A stretch of DNA of 64,000 bases, taken from positions 405,494-469,493 of the forward strand of contig CAXXDB010000003.1 in NCBI GenBank assembly GCA_963666645.2. The letters run 5' to 3'. Under the pieces are notes generated by a model. It was not told the origin of the DNA, searched no databases, and saw only the letters and a program-made list of their open reading frames with translations. How positions within the stretch are numbered: the stretch's first letter is position 1; the number at the start of each line of letters is the position of its first letter. Source of the DNA: an uncultured Tenacibaculum sp. (GTDB taxonomy: Bacteria > Bacteroidota > Bacteroidia > Flavobacteriales > Flavobacteriaceae). Made by a program: the position numbers and the translations under genes. Shown piece by piece: positions 9,796 to 19,054 of the stretch.

Positions 9796-10896
9796 CTAAT
9801 TAAAATATTTTTCAATTAATTCATTCCATTTATCCTTATGAGCTTTTTTCAATTCTGTGTCAACTTCAATATCCTTACTGTAATTTTCCATAAACTCATC
9901 AAGAGATGTGATTAATCTTAAATAATATTTTAAAGTTGGAATTACACCATTAATTATCAATTGAGATCCGTGTTCCATTTTAATTTTAGTAATTAAATCA
10001 GCAATTTCTGTTTTATCACTTTCTTTAGTTCCAATGTATGATAAGACATAATATCTTTCAGGATTAAATATTTTAATTTTTTCTATTGCAATTCTTATTA
10101 TGTTACTATCAATTGCTTTATCCAGTTTAATTTCGATTGTCTCAAAAATATTTCCATATTTTGAAATCTCAATATCTCCTGATGATTTAGAAGTTCTGTC
10201 AGAAGCTGTATGACTTCCCATCTCTTCTAACTCACAATCTTTAAATCGAGACAATTCATTAATTAAACTTTTATAAATTGAATAGAATGCAATAACAGGA
10301 AGTTTTGAGCCACTGTGAGTTTCATAATTGAAGCTAAATTGCTCATCTAAAGCATTTATTATTTTCTCTATTGTTAAATTTTCTGGATTTTCTAAAGGTG
10401 TAATTTCAACTGTAGAACGTTTTTTTGCTTCTATTGCTTGAAACAGTATAAGTCTTAATAAATTGGTTGCTTTAGTTGGATTCTTTTCTAAATAGTCAAG
10501 TGTTTCTAAAAAAGCTTTTTTAACTGTTTTGTTGCTAATTTTTCCGTTATAATCTAAAGTATATTCATACGGTTGTTCTAATGAACGTGTTAACCATCCG
10601 CTTTCTGCCATTGAAGGTAATCCTAATTCTTTTAGGGTTGGTGTAATATAGTTGGTATCTATTGTTCTTCCAGAAAATCCACCTTCCATACTTGATTGAT
10701 GTTTTCTTACATCTTGTTTTGGAAATAGAATTTTATGCGTTACAAGAGTAGTTAAAACTGTAAAAACTCCTTTTTGTGTATTGATTTTAGCACCAATAGA
10801 TTCTATGTTTGTTAAGGTATTTTTGTCAATGTCTTTTATATCATTAACTGTAAAGGAGTTCTCGTAAGTCTCCAACAACTTTTTCTTGTGGCTCAT
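9796..10896 (-). CDS. Putative type II restriction endonuclease (PD-(D/E)xK; SacI-like assignment tentative)
   Basis: Directly downstream of and overlapping a C5 methyltransferase; GDIEI...ETIEIK nuclease-like motif. Confidence 0.65.
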   Translation of the reverse strand: MSHKKKLLETYENSFTVNDIKDIDKNTLTNIESIGAKINTQKGVFTVLTTLVTHKILFPKQDVRKHQSSMEGGFSGRTIDTNYITPTLKELGLPSMAESGWLTRSLEQPYEYTLDYNGKISNKTVKKAFLETLDYLEKNPTKATNLLRLILFQAIEAKKRSTVEITPLENPENLTIEKIINALDEQFSFNYETHSGSKLPVIAFYSIYKSLINELSRFKDCELEEMGSHTASDRTSKSSGDIEISKYGNIFETIEIKLDKAIDSNIIRIAIEKIKIFNPERYYVLSYIGTKESDKTEIADLITKIKMEHGSQLIINGVIPTLKYYLRLITSLDEFMENYSKDIEVDTELKKAHKDKWNELIEKYFN

Positions 10897-11875
10897 TTAT
10901 TAATAATTTTTGTTCTTTAATACTTCTTGCAACTTCAAAAATTACTGGAATTGCAACTGAATTACCAATTTGTTTATATTGTTCTCCTGTTTTTGGATGT
11001 CGCTTAAAATTGTTAGGAAAACCCATTATTCTATAACATTCATTTAAAGTTAGTTTTCTAACTTTATCTTCATTTGGTAAGTAAATGAAAAACCTGCCAG
11101 AAGTTTCTTGTGATGGAATTGTTGGGTGTGTTCCGTCTATAGAGTAAATTCTATTTGGTTGTCTGTGTACTCTAGATAAATGCTCTGTGTTAGGTCTAAT
11201 TCCATTTTTCCAAGTGTTTTTATTTCTATAGCCTGTAAAAATTAAACCAGTATCTTGTTTTTTAGGTTTTTCAATTAGTGTATATTCTTCTTTATCTAAA
11301 TATTCAAAATCTCCTTTAGTATCTAAAAATTCTTTTAGATAAACAGGTTTTTTAGTTTTCAATTTGTCAAATCTAAAAAAGCCGTTTTTAGTAGCTATTA
11401 TAAAAATTCGTTCACGATTTTGCGGCAAACCAAAATCTTTAGCATTTAAAATTTTATAGGTTACATTATAGCCTAAATCTTCTAAGGTTTGAATAATTGT
11501 TTTAAAGGTTCTTTTTTTGTCGTGATGAATTAAATGTTTTACATTTTCAAGAACAACTACTTTTGGTTGCTTTTTATCTATGATACGACAAATGTCAAAG
11601 AATAAAGTACCTCTAGTATCTTCAAATCCTTTCTTTTTACCAGAAATACTAAAAGGTTGGCAAGGAAATCCTGCTAAAAGGACTTCAAAATCAGGTATTT
11701 TACTAGGCTCTATTTTTGTAATGTCGCCAAAAACTTCATCTCCAAAATTATTTTCATACACTTCTTGGCAAGCCTCATTAATTTCTGAAGTAAAAACACA
11801 TTCATATCCAGCATTCTCAAAACCTTTTCTGAAACCTCCAATTCCTGCAAATAAATCTATAAATATAGGTTTCAT
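10844..11875 (-). CDS. DNA (cytosine-5)-methyltransferase
   Basis: Motifs I FAGIGG, IV GFPCQPFS, VI ENV, VIII QNRERIFI, X QIGNSV. Confidence 0.96.
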   Translation of the reverse strand: MKPIFIDLFAGIGGFRKGFENAGYECVFTSEINEACQEVYENNFGDEVFGDITKIEPSKIPDFEVLLAGFPCQPFSISGKKKGFEDTRGTLFFDICRIIDKKQPKVVVLENVKHLIHHDKKRTFKTIIQTLEDLGYNVTYKILNAKDFGLPQNRERIFIIATKNGFFRFDKLKTKKPVYLKEFLDTKGDFEYLDKEEYTLIEKPKKQDTGLIFTGYRNKNTWKNGIRPNTEHLSRVHRQPNRIYSIDGTHPTIPSQETSGRFFIYLPNEDKVRKLTLNECYRIMGFPNNFKRHPKTGEQYKQIGNSVAIPVIFEVARSIKEQKLLINEPQEKVVGDLRELLYS

Positions 11876-12180
11876 GATTTTTGTTTTTTTAATTTATTGT
11901 ATTTAATTCTTTGTTCAGCTACTTTTAAAACTTCTTCTGCTAGAGTTTCATTTTCCAAATTGTAAATAACTTTGTCACTCAACCAAGCTATAAGTAGTTC
12001 ATCTCTATTTAAGTTGTAGAAATTGGCAAATCGTTCAACTTGTTCTTTTGTAGGTCTTCTTTTTCCTCTTTCAAATTTGCTGATTATTGCTTGGTCAATA
12101 TCTAGCTCAGCTCCAATCTGTCTCAAGATTAGATTATTTTCTTCTCTTGCTTGTCTGATAATTTCTCCGAATGATTTCAT
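11872..12180 (-). CDS. XRE-family HTH regulator (controller-like) of the RM module
   Basis: Cro/C1 HTH LRQIGAELDIDQAIISKFERGKRRPT; 4-nt overlap with the methyltransferase start. Confidence 0.85.
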   Translation of the reverse strand: MKSFGEIIRQAREENNLILRQIGAELDIDQAIISKFERGKRRPTKEQVERFANFYNLNRDELLIAWLSDKVIYNLENETLAEEVLKVAEQRIKYNKLKKQKS

Positions 12181-12183
12181 AAG

Positions 12184-12212
12184 ACAATAATTGTTTTGAC
12201 AAAAATAGTCAA
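12184..12212. promoter_or_regulatory. Tandem palindromes upstream of the HTH gene (candidate operator)
   Basis: ACAAT-A-ATTGT at 12184-12194 and TTGAC-N7-GTCAA at 12196-12212 immediately before the ATG. Confidence 0.5.
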
Positions 12213-12258
12213 ATTACTCAAATCTATTTAGTATTATTTTCGGGTGGTGGTGAGGAAA

Positions 12259-12343
12259 TGAAAAGTTCTTTTTGTTTTGTGAGATACGAGCAAAACAAAA
12301 TGTACTTGAATATGCGATGGCTTTTTCTCATTTTGCAAGTAAC
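12259..12343 (-). repeat. attC-like/structured repeat at the upstream boundary of the RM module
   Basis: Minus strand ttGTTAC...ttcaagtacatt-[ttttgttttg/caaaacaaaa stem, ctcgtatct loop]-agaacttttca; related to 9696-9784. Confidence 0.5.
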
Positions 12344-12469
12344 AATTGTATAAATACATTAGTGTATTTATTTTTAATATATATGTAAAAAATATAAAAA
12401 ACTTACAAGTCTAATGAGTTTTTAATATAATCTTTATAAGCCCTGAATATTGTGCCAAGATTCCAAAAA

Positions 12470-12660
12470 CAGGCTTTGCTGTACTCTGACGCTTCGATTT
12501 CATCCTCTTTCCCTGTGATGTTTTAAACGAATTTTAGTCCGCTCTATTAAAGAATCATCTCAAAAAAGCCTTCATCTAACTCCGTTTTATTGTGTAATTT
12601 GTATTTATTATTCCTTTGCCCATGGCATAGCGAATTTTATGAAACATATACCAAACAGGT
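12470..12660 (-). mobile_element. IS1595-family transposase remnant (region before the catalytic core)
   Basis: WYMFHKIRYAMGK, then after a frameshift NNKYKLHNKTELDEGFFE. Confidence 0.7.
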
Positions 12661-12795
12661 TTATAATAAGGATTTTTTAACTGCTGTTGTATTTCTAATC
12701 AAAAAATAGCTCTATATGTTAAAAAACTCTTAATTTGTAGCGTTTCATTATTTTTTAATCTAATTTTGAGAATATTAACTAATGAATTTTACCTA

Positions 12796-14949
12796 ATGAG
12801 AAAATTAATATTATTGATGTTGGCAAGTACGTTTTTTATAGCTTGTAAAAACAAGACACCTAAAAACACTATTGAAGTAAAGTATCCTGAAACAGCAAAA
12901 AAACCTGTGGTTGATGAGTATTTTGGAACAAAGATAACAGATAACTATAGATGGTTAGAAGATGACAGAAGTGAAGAAACTGAGAATTGGGTTAAAATAG
13001 AAAATGAGATAACTTTCGATTACTTTAGCAAAATACCTTACAGAAAACAACTCAAAAACAGATTATCTGAATTATGGAACTATGAAAAAGTGGGAGTTCC
13101 TTTTAAAGAAGGAGGTTATACATATTTCTATAAAAATAATGGATTACAAAATCACTATGTATTATATAGAAAAAAAGGGGAAGAACAAGAGAAAGTTTTT
13201 TTAGACCCGAATACCTTTTCTGACGATGGAACTATTTCATTAAGTAACGTTAGTTTTTCTAAAGACGGAAAAACAATTGCCTATTCCATTTCAGAAGGCG
13301 GAAGCGATTGGAGAAAAATAGTTGTAATGGATATAGTCTGCGAAGAAATAAAAGAAGACACCTTAACAGATGTGAAGTTTTCGGGAATCTCCTGGAGAGG
13401 CAATGAAGGATTTTATTATTCAAGTTATGACAAGCCTAAAGGGAGTGAGTTGTCTGCTAAAACAGATCAACATAAATTGTATTATCATAAATTAGGAACT
13501 AGTCAAAAAAAAGATGAAGTTATTTTTGGTGCTATTCCGGAAGAAAAACATCGTTATGTAGGAGGATATTTAACAGAAGATGATAAGTATTTAATTATTT
13601 CAGCTTCTACTTCTACCTCCGGAAATAAATTGTTTATAAAAGATTTATCAAATCCTGATAGTGAGTTAACAGTTGTTTTAGATAATTTTGATAGTGATAC
13701 GTATGTTATAGATAATAAAGGAAGTAAACTATACTTAGTAACGAACTTAAATGCACCCAATCAGAAAATCGTTACTGTAGATGCATCGAATCCAGCTCCT
13801 GAAAACTGGAAAGACTTTATTCCTGAAACAGAAAATGTATTAACCCCTTCTACAGCAGCAGGTTATTTTTTTGCTAAATACATGATAGACGCAGTATCTG
13901 AAGTTTTACAATATGATTATAATGGTACATTAATTAGAGAGATTGAACTACCTGGAATTGGATCAGTTAGTGGTTTTGAAGGAAAGAGCAACGCTAAAGA
14001 GCTATATTTCTCTTTTACAAATTATAACACTCCTTCATCTTCATACAAATTCAATCCGGCTACAGGAATCTATAAATTATATTGGAAGCCAACAATTTCT
14101 TTTAATTCTGATGATTACGAAAGCCAACAGGTTTTCTATAATTCTAAAGACGGAACAAAAGTTCCGATGATTATTACATATAAAAAAGGAACAGAGTTAA
14201 ATGGTAAAAACCCAACAATTTTATATGGCTATGGGGGTTTCAACATTAGTCTAACTCCGAATTTTAGTATTCCAAATGCTGTATGGATGGAACAAGGAGG
14301 AGTTTATGCAGTTCCAAATCTAAGAGGGGGAGGTGAATATGGAAAAAAATGGCATGTAGCAGGAACAAAAACACAAAAACAAAATGTATTCAATGATTTT
14401 ATTGCAGCAGCAGAATACTTAATAGAAAACAAATACACATCTTCTGATTATTTAGCAATAAGAGGAGGATCTAACGGAGGACTTTTAGTAGGAGCAACCA
14501 TGACGCAACGTCCGAATCTAATGAAAGTAGCATTACCTGCTGTAGGTGTACTGGATATGCTTCGCTACCATACATTTACAGCAGGAGCAGGCTGGGCATA
14601 TGATTATGGAACTGCTCAGGATAGTAAAGAAATGTTTGACTATTTAAAAGGATATTCACCGGTTCATAATATTAAAGATGATGTGTCTTATCCCGCAACA
14701 TTAGTAACGACAGGAGATCATGATGATCGTGTAGTTCCTGCACATAGTTTTAAGTTCGCAGCAGAACTACAAGACAAACAAACTGGGGCAAATCCTGTGT
14801 TGATTAGAGTAGAAACAAATGCAGGTCACGGAGCAGGAACCCCTGTTGCTAAAACAATAGAACAATATGCCGATATATTCGGATTCACATTATTCAATAT
14901 GGGATTTAATCATTTACCTAACCCTTCAAAAGAAAAAATCAAACTATAA
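12796..14949 (+). CDS. Prolyl oligopeptidase (S9A), probable lipoprotein
   Basis: DNYRWLED, catalytic GGSNGG, DHDDRV, AGHGAG; lipobox FIAC after the Met at 12796. Confidence 0.95.
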   Translation: MRKLILLMLASTFFIACKNKTPKNTIEVKYPETAKKPVVDEYFGTKITDNYRWLEDDRSEETENWVKIENEITFDYFSKIPYRKQLKNRLSELWNYEKVGVPFKEGGYTYFYKNNGLQNHYVLYRKKGEEQEKVFLDPNTFSDDGTISLSNVSFSKDGKTIAYSISEGGSDWRKIVVMDIVCEEIKEDTLTDVKFSGISWRGNEGFYYSSYDKPKGSELSAKTDQHKLYYHKLGTSQKKDEVIFGAIPEEKHRYVGGYLTEDDKYLIISASTSTSGNKLFIKDLSNPDSELTVVLDNFDSDTYVIDNKGSKLYLVTNLNAPNQKIVTVDASNPAPENWKDFIPETENVLTPSTAAGYFFAKYMIDAVSEVLQYDYNGTLIREIELPGIGSVSGFEGKSNAKELYFSFTNYNTPSSSYKFNPATGIYKLYWKPTISFNSDDYESQQVFYNSKDGTKVPMIITYKKGTELNGKNPTILYGYGGFNISLTPNFSIPNAVWMEQGGVYAVPNLRGGGEYGKKWHVAGTKTQKQNVFNDFIAAAEYLIENKYTSSDYLAIRGGSNGGLLVGATMTQRPNLMKVALPAVGVLDMLRYHTFTAGAGWAYDYGTAQDSKEMFDYLKGYSPVHNIKDDVSYPATLVTTGDHDDRVVPAHSFKFAAELQDKQTGANPVLIRVETNAGHGAGTPVAKTIEQYADIFGFTLFNMGFNHLPNPSKEKIKL

Positions 14950-14963
14950 TCAAATTAATCGAA

Positions 14964-17054
14964 ATGAAAAATCTAAAAAAAGTTTTATTTACAACTACTA
15001 TCGCCTCTTTAGGTATGATGAGCTGTAAAACAGAATCTAAAACAGAGGTTACTGAAAGAGTTCCGGGAATTATTTTAGAAAATATGGATGCATCAGTAAA
15101 ACCATCCGATGATTTTTATACATATGTAAATGGTACTTGGCAAGAAGAAACTGAAATTCCGGCGGATAGAACCAGGTGGGGAAGTTTTGACGAACTTCGC
15201 AAAAAAACAGATGCGGATGTACTTGCAATATTGAGTAAAGCTATCGAACAAGGAAGTTTTCCTAAAGTGAAAGATAATCAAGGAAATGAAATAGACAGCG
15301 ATCAGGAAAAGGCAGTAAATTATTATGAGAGTATTATGGACACCGTAGTTCGTAATCAACGAGGAACAGAACCTTTAAAGCCATATTTAGCAAAAATCGA
15401 TGAGATTAAAACTAAAAAAGATGTTGAAAACTATATTACCCAAATGACCCCTTATGGAGCAGGAGCATTTTACGGCTTAAGAGTTTTTAATGATTTAAAA
15501 AAAAGTAGCATGAATGCCGGGTATTTAGGTTCAGCAGAATTAGGATTATCTCGTGATTATTACGTGGATGAGGATGCTGATACTAAAGAAAAACTAAAAA
15601 AATACGAAAATTTTGTAGCTAATATGTTTACAAAATTTGGAGAGGACGAAGCTGTTGCCGTTAAAAATGCAGCTACGGTTGTTGGTTTTGAAAAGAGTTT
15701 AGCAGAACCAATGATGACGAAAGAGGACAGAAGAGATGCAAGAAAAATTTACAACCCAATGTCTGTTAAAGAATTACAAATTTTGGTCTCTGCTATTGAT
15801 TGGAATAGTTACTTAAAAGGGATTGGTGCTGAAGGTATTGATAAAGTGGTTGTTACCGATCCAAATTACTTTAAATCAATGAACAATATCTTTAGTCAAC
15901 GTTCCGTTAAGGACATAAAAACTTTATTACGCTGGAATGCGATTAATGGTGCAGCCGGACTATTAAATACAGATTTAGAAAAAGCGAATTGGGAGTTTTA
16001 TAGCAGAGATTTGAGAGGAGCTAAAGAGCAAAGACCTCGTGATGAAAGAGCGTTAGCATCTGTCAATGGTTCGATAGGAGAAGCAATAGGAAAATTATAT
16101 ATTGATAAAAAATTCCCGCCGGAGGCTAAAAAGAAAGCACAGGAAATGATTGATAATGTTCGTTCAGGTTTTGAAAAACGTATCAATGGCTTAACTTGGA
16201 TGAGTGAATCTACTAAGAAAAAAGCATTAGAAAAATTAAATAAATTAACAGTTAAAATTGCATATCCTGATAAATGGAAAGATTACTCTGCATTACAAGT
16301 AAAAGGAATAAGAGAAGGGGGAAGTTATTTTGAAAACGCTATCAATGTAGCAAAATGGAACTATGAAGAAAACATAGCAAAATTAGGAAAGCCGGTTGAC
16401 AGAACAGAATGGGGAATGTCGCCTCAGACAGTAAATGCTTATTTTAACCCTGTAAACAATGAGATTGTTTTTCCGGCAGCAATTTTACAACCACCTTTCT
16501 ATAATTATACAGCTGATGAAGCTGTAAACTACGGAGGAATAGGATCCGTAATCGGTCACGAAATTTCACATAGTTTTGATGATTCAGGGTCTCGTTTTGA
16601 TGGAGATGGAAACCTGAATAACTGGTGGACTGCAGAAGATTTAGAAAAATTTACAGCTGAAGGAAAGGCATTAATTGGTCAATATGATGCATTAATTGCT
16701 ATTGATAGTGTGCATGTAAACGGAACATTTACTTTAGGGGAAAACATTGGTGATTTAGGAGGTATTAATGCAGCTTATGAAGGATTACAAATTTTCCTGG
16801 AGAAAAATGGTCATCCGGGTAAAATTGACGGGTTTACTCCTGAGCAGCGTTTCTTCTTATCATGGGGAACGATATGGAGAACAAAAGCACGTCCGGATGC
16901 ATTAAAGAATTTAATCAAGACAGACTCTCATGCACCAGGAATATTCAGAGCTTATGTTCCTTTACAAAATGTAGATGCTTTTTATGAAGCATTTAATATT
17001 AAAGAAGGGGATAAATTATATTTAAGTCCGGAAAAAAGAGTGAAAATATGGTAA
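14964..17054 (+). CDS. M13 (neprilysin/PepO-like) zinc metallopeptidase, lipoprotein
   Basis: VNAYFNP, HEISH, GENIGD; lipobox MMSC. Confidence 0.95.
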   Translation: MKNLKKVLFTTTIASLGMMSCKTESKTEVTERVPGIILENMDASVKPSDDFYTYVNGTWQEETEIPADRTRWGSFDELRKKTDADVLAILSKAIEQGSFPKVKDNQGNEIDSDQEKAVNYYESIMDTVVRNQRGTEPLKPYLAKIDEIKTKKDVENYITQMTPYGAGAFYGLRVFNDLKKSSMNAGYLGSAELGLSRDYYVDEDADTKEKLKKYENFVANMFTKFGEDEAVAVKNAATVVGFEKSLAEPMMTKEDRRDARKIYNPMSVKELQILVSAIDWNSYLKGIGAEGIDKVVVTDPNYFKSMNNIFSQRSVKDIKTLLRWNAINGAAGLLNTDLEKANWEFYSRDLRGAKEQRPRDERALASVNGSIGEAIGKLYIDKKFPPEAKKKAQEMIDNVRSGFEKRINGLTWMSESTKKKALEKLNKLTVKIAYPDKWKDYSALQVKGIREGGSYFENAINVAKWNYEENIAKLGKPVDRTEWGMSPQTVNAYFNPVNNEIVFPAAILQPPFYNYTADEAVNYGGIGSVIGHEISHSFDDSGSRFDGDGNLNNWWTAEDLEKFTAEGKALIGQYDALIAIDSVHVNGTFTLGENIGDLGGINAAYEGLQIFLEKNGHPGKIDGFTPEQRFFLSWGTIWRTKARPDALKNLIKTDSHAPGIFRAYVPLQNVDAFYEAFNIKEGDKLYLSPEKRVKIW

Positions 17055-17100
17055 GCAAATTACAGCTTTGTGGTTTCCTGAATAATTCAATTAGCCTAAC

Positions 17101-17250
17101 ATGAGTCCGAATAAAAAAGCTATTGAAACTATTTTTGAATTGCTCATAATCAATTGTCAGGCAAAACATTCAGGAGATAAAAGTATCGCTAATTATTTTT
17201 CACTACAAGAAACTTACATTAATCTTCCCCGGTTATTTACAGGTAGATAG
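17101..17250 (+). pseudogene. Possible IS982-like transposase C-terminal fragment
   Basis: Short frame KKAIETIFELLIINCQAKHSGDKSIANYF weakly resembles IETVF...IEHSRHRS; low certainty. Confidence 0.25.
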
Positions 17251-17314
17251 AATAATGAATTTTTTTGTGCTTTTTGTCAATTTTATAAACAATGCTTGGA
17301 GAGAACCAAAAACT

Positions 17315-18163
17315 CTATTTATATTTTTTATGGTAATCGAGTAAATTATCTATAGGTCTTTGAATTACATCTGTAATGTTTAAATCATATTTATCAGCAA
17401 CTTTTTCTAAAATAGCTCTAAAATAATAAGCTATAGAGCCAATAAAATAAATTGGAATTTCTTTTCCTTTTCTGTATGGTAAAATTCGATACTTAAAAAA
17501 TTCTTCAACCCCTTTTTTAATAATTTTTTTTATATACTTTTCTTCTTTAAACTGAAACATAAATTTTGCAAAGGAAGCTAAGTACATATTAGGATTTGGT
17601 TGTCTGTATAAATTAAATTTAATATAATCGGTATCTAAGTTAAATTCATTTTCGAATCTTTTAGCAATTTGTTCAGGCATTTGATTATAATAGAAATCAC
17701 GAATCAATTTTTTACCAAAATAATTACCACTTGCTTCATCCATAATTGTATATCCTAAAGAGGCTGTAATGGGTTCCATCTCATTACCGTTATAGTAGCA
17801 ACTATTAGATCCGGTGCCTAGTATACATACTATTGAAGGTTTTTTACCTGATGTAGCATAAGCAGCAGCTAACATATCTTCTGCAATGTAGATTCGGGCA
17901 TTATTAAATATTTCTTTCATTACATTATTCAGTACCTGGACAGGTTTTGTAGTACCACAACCGGCCCCGTAAAAGTGAATTTCACAAACCTGATCTTTAA
18001 TATTGATAAGCTGAAACATATTAATAATTCTGTTTTTAAGCTCTTCTTCAGGAATTACAGCAGGGTTTAATCCTAGTGTTCGAACTCTAAAAACCTCATC
18101 TTTTTTATTATCTAAAGCAATCCAGTCTGCTTTTGTAGATCCCCCGTCAGCTATTAAAATCAT
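17315..18163 (-). CDS. BadF/BadG-type N-acetylglucosamine kinase-like ATPase
   Basis: IADGGSTKADW, FYGAGC, ILGTGSNS, LGYTIMDEASGNYFG. Confidence 0.85.
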   Translation of the reverse strand: MILIADGGSTKADWIALDNKKDEVFRVRTLGLNPAVIPEEELKNRIINMFQLINIKDQVCEIHFYGAGCGTTKPVQVLNNVMKEIFNNARIYIAEDMLAAAYATSGKKPSIVCILGTGSNSCYYNGNEMEPITASLGYTIMDEASGNYFGKKLIRDFYYNQMPEQIAKRFENEFNLDTDYIKFNLYRQPNPNMYLASFAKFMFQFKEEKYIKKIIKKGVEEFFKYRILPYRKGKEIPIYFIGSIAYYFRAILEKVADKYDLNITDVIQRPIDNLLDYHKKYK

Positions 18164-18304
18164 AGTTATGTAGATGTTTAATCAAATGTATGTTTTCAAA
18201 TTTGTATATACAACAGATTCGGAAAGCTTAAACATTTTGTTAATAATAATCTATTGAACTTTTATCAAAAAACTTTACTTTTATGTAATATTAGGATATT
18301 AATT

Positions 18305-19054
18305 ATGTTTTTTTTTAAAGATAGGGCTATCCCGCTTACTGAATTTTTTAATTCTGATTTTGTAGATATCCATTCTCATCTTCTGCCCGGTATTGATGAT
18401 GGAGCAAAAGACATAGATTATTCATTATCATTAATATCTAAAATGGCTTCTTATGGAATAAAGAATTTTATTACTACTCCGCATATTTTAGGAGATTTAT
18501 ATCCAAATTCATCTAAAACTATTAAAAGTAAACTGGATGAGCTTAAGTATGCTATAAGTAATAATAATTTGAAAGATATAAATATTGATATGGCTGCAGA
18601 GTATATGATGGATGAAAAATTTTTACAGAGGTTGGCAGTGGATGATATTTTAACATTGAAAGATAATTTTGTTTTAGTTGAGATGTCATATTTTAATGCT
18701 CCATATAGTTTGTATGATATTTTATTTGAAATACAGATAAAGGGATACAAGCCGGTTTTAGCACATCCGGAGAGGTATAATTTTTATCATAATGATTTTC
18801 AAAATTATTACAAACTGAAAAAGAAAGGGTGTTTATTTCAATTAAATTTATTATCTCTTACCAGGCAATATGGAAAAAGTGTGGAAAGAACAGCAAATCA
18901 ATTGATTAAAGAGAATCTATATGATTTTGTTGGCACAGATACGCACCATCATCATCATTTGAATTTATTATCTAAAATTGGAACAAAAAAGATATTGAAA
19001 AAAATTCAAGATATAATTTCAAATAATAAAAAATTCCTTTTTGTTCATTCATGA
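18305..19054 (+). CDS. CpsB/CapC PHP-family tyrosine-protein phosphatase
   Basis: DIHSHLLPGIDDG, TPH, AAEY, AHPERY, GTDTH. Confidence 0.92.
   Translation: MFFFKDRAIPLTEFFNSDFVDIHSHLLPGIDDGAKDIDYSLSLISKMASYGIKNFITTPHILGDLYPNSSKTIKSKLDELKYAISNNNLKDINIDMAAEYMMDEKFLQRLAVDDILTLKDNFVLVEMSYFNAPYSLYDILFEIQIKGYKPVLAHPERYNFYHNDFQNYYKLKKKGCLFQLNLLSLTRQYGKSVERTANQLIKENLYDFVGTDTHHHHHLNLLSKIGTKKILKKIQDIISNNKKFLFVHS

Noticed and set aside
9085-12660. Idea that the RM module split a single IS1595 into two halves
   Set aside because: An IS1182 fragment intervenes and the two IS1595 pieces look like different subgroups; not supportable without alignment.
12796-17054. Tandem S9 and M13 lipoprotein peptidases as a novel system
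   Set aside because: Both are ordinary, widespread flavobacterial peptidases with canonical motifs.
18940-18962. His run (DTHHHHHL) in the PHP phosphatase
   Set aside because: Falls on the normal metal-binding D-x-H motif region; no evidence of a separate function.
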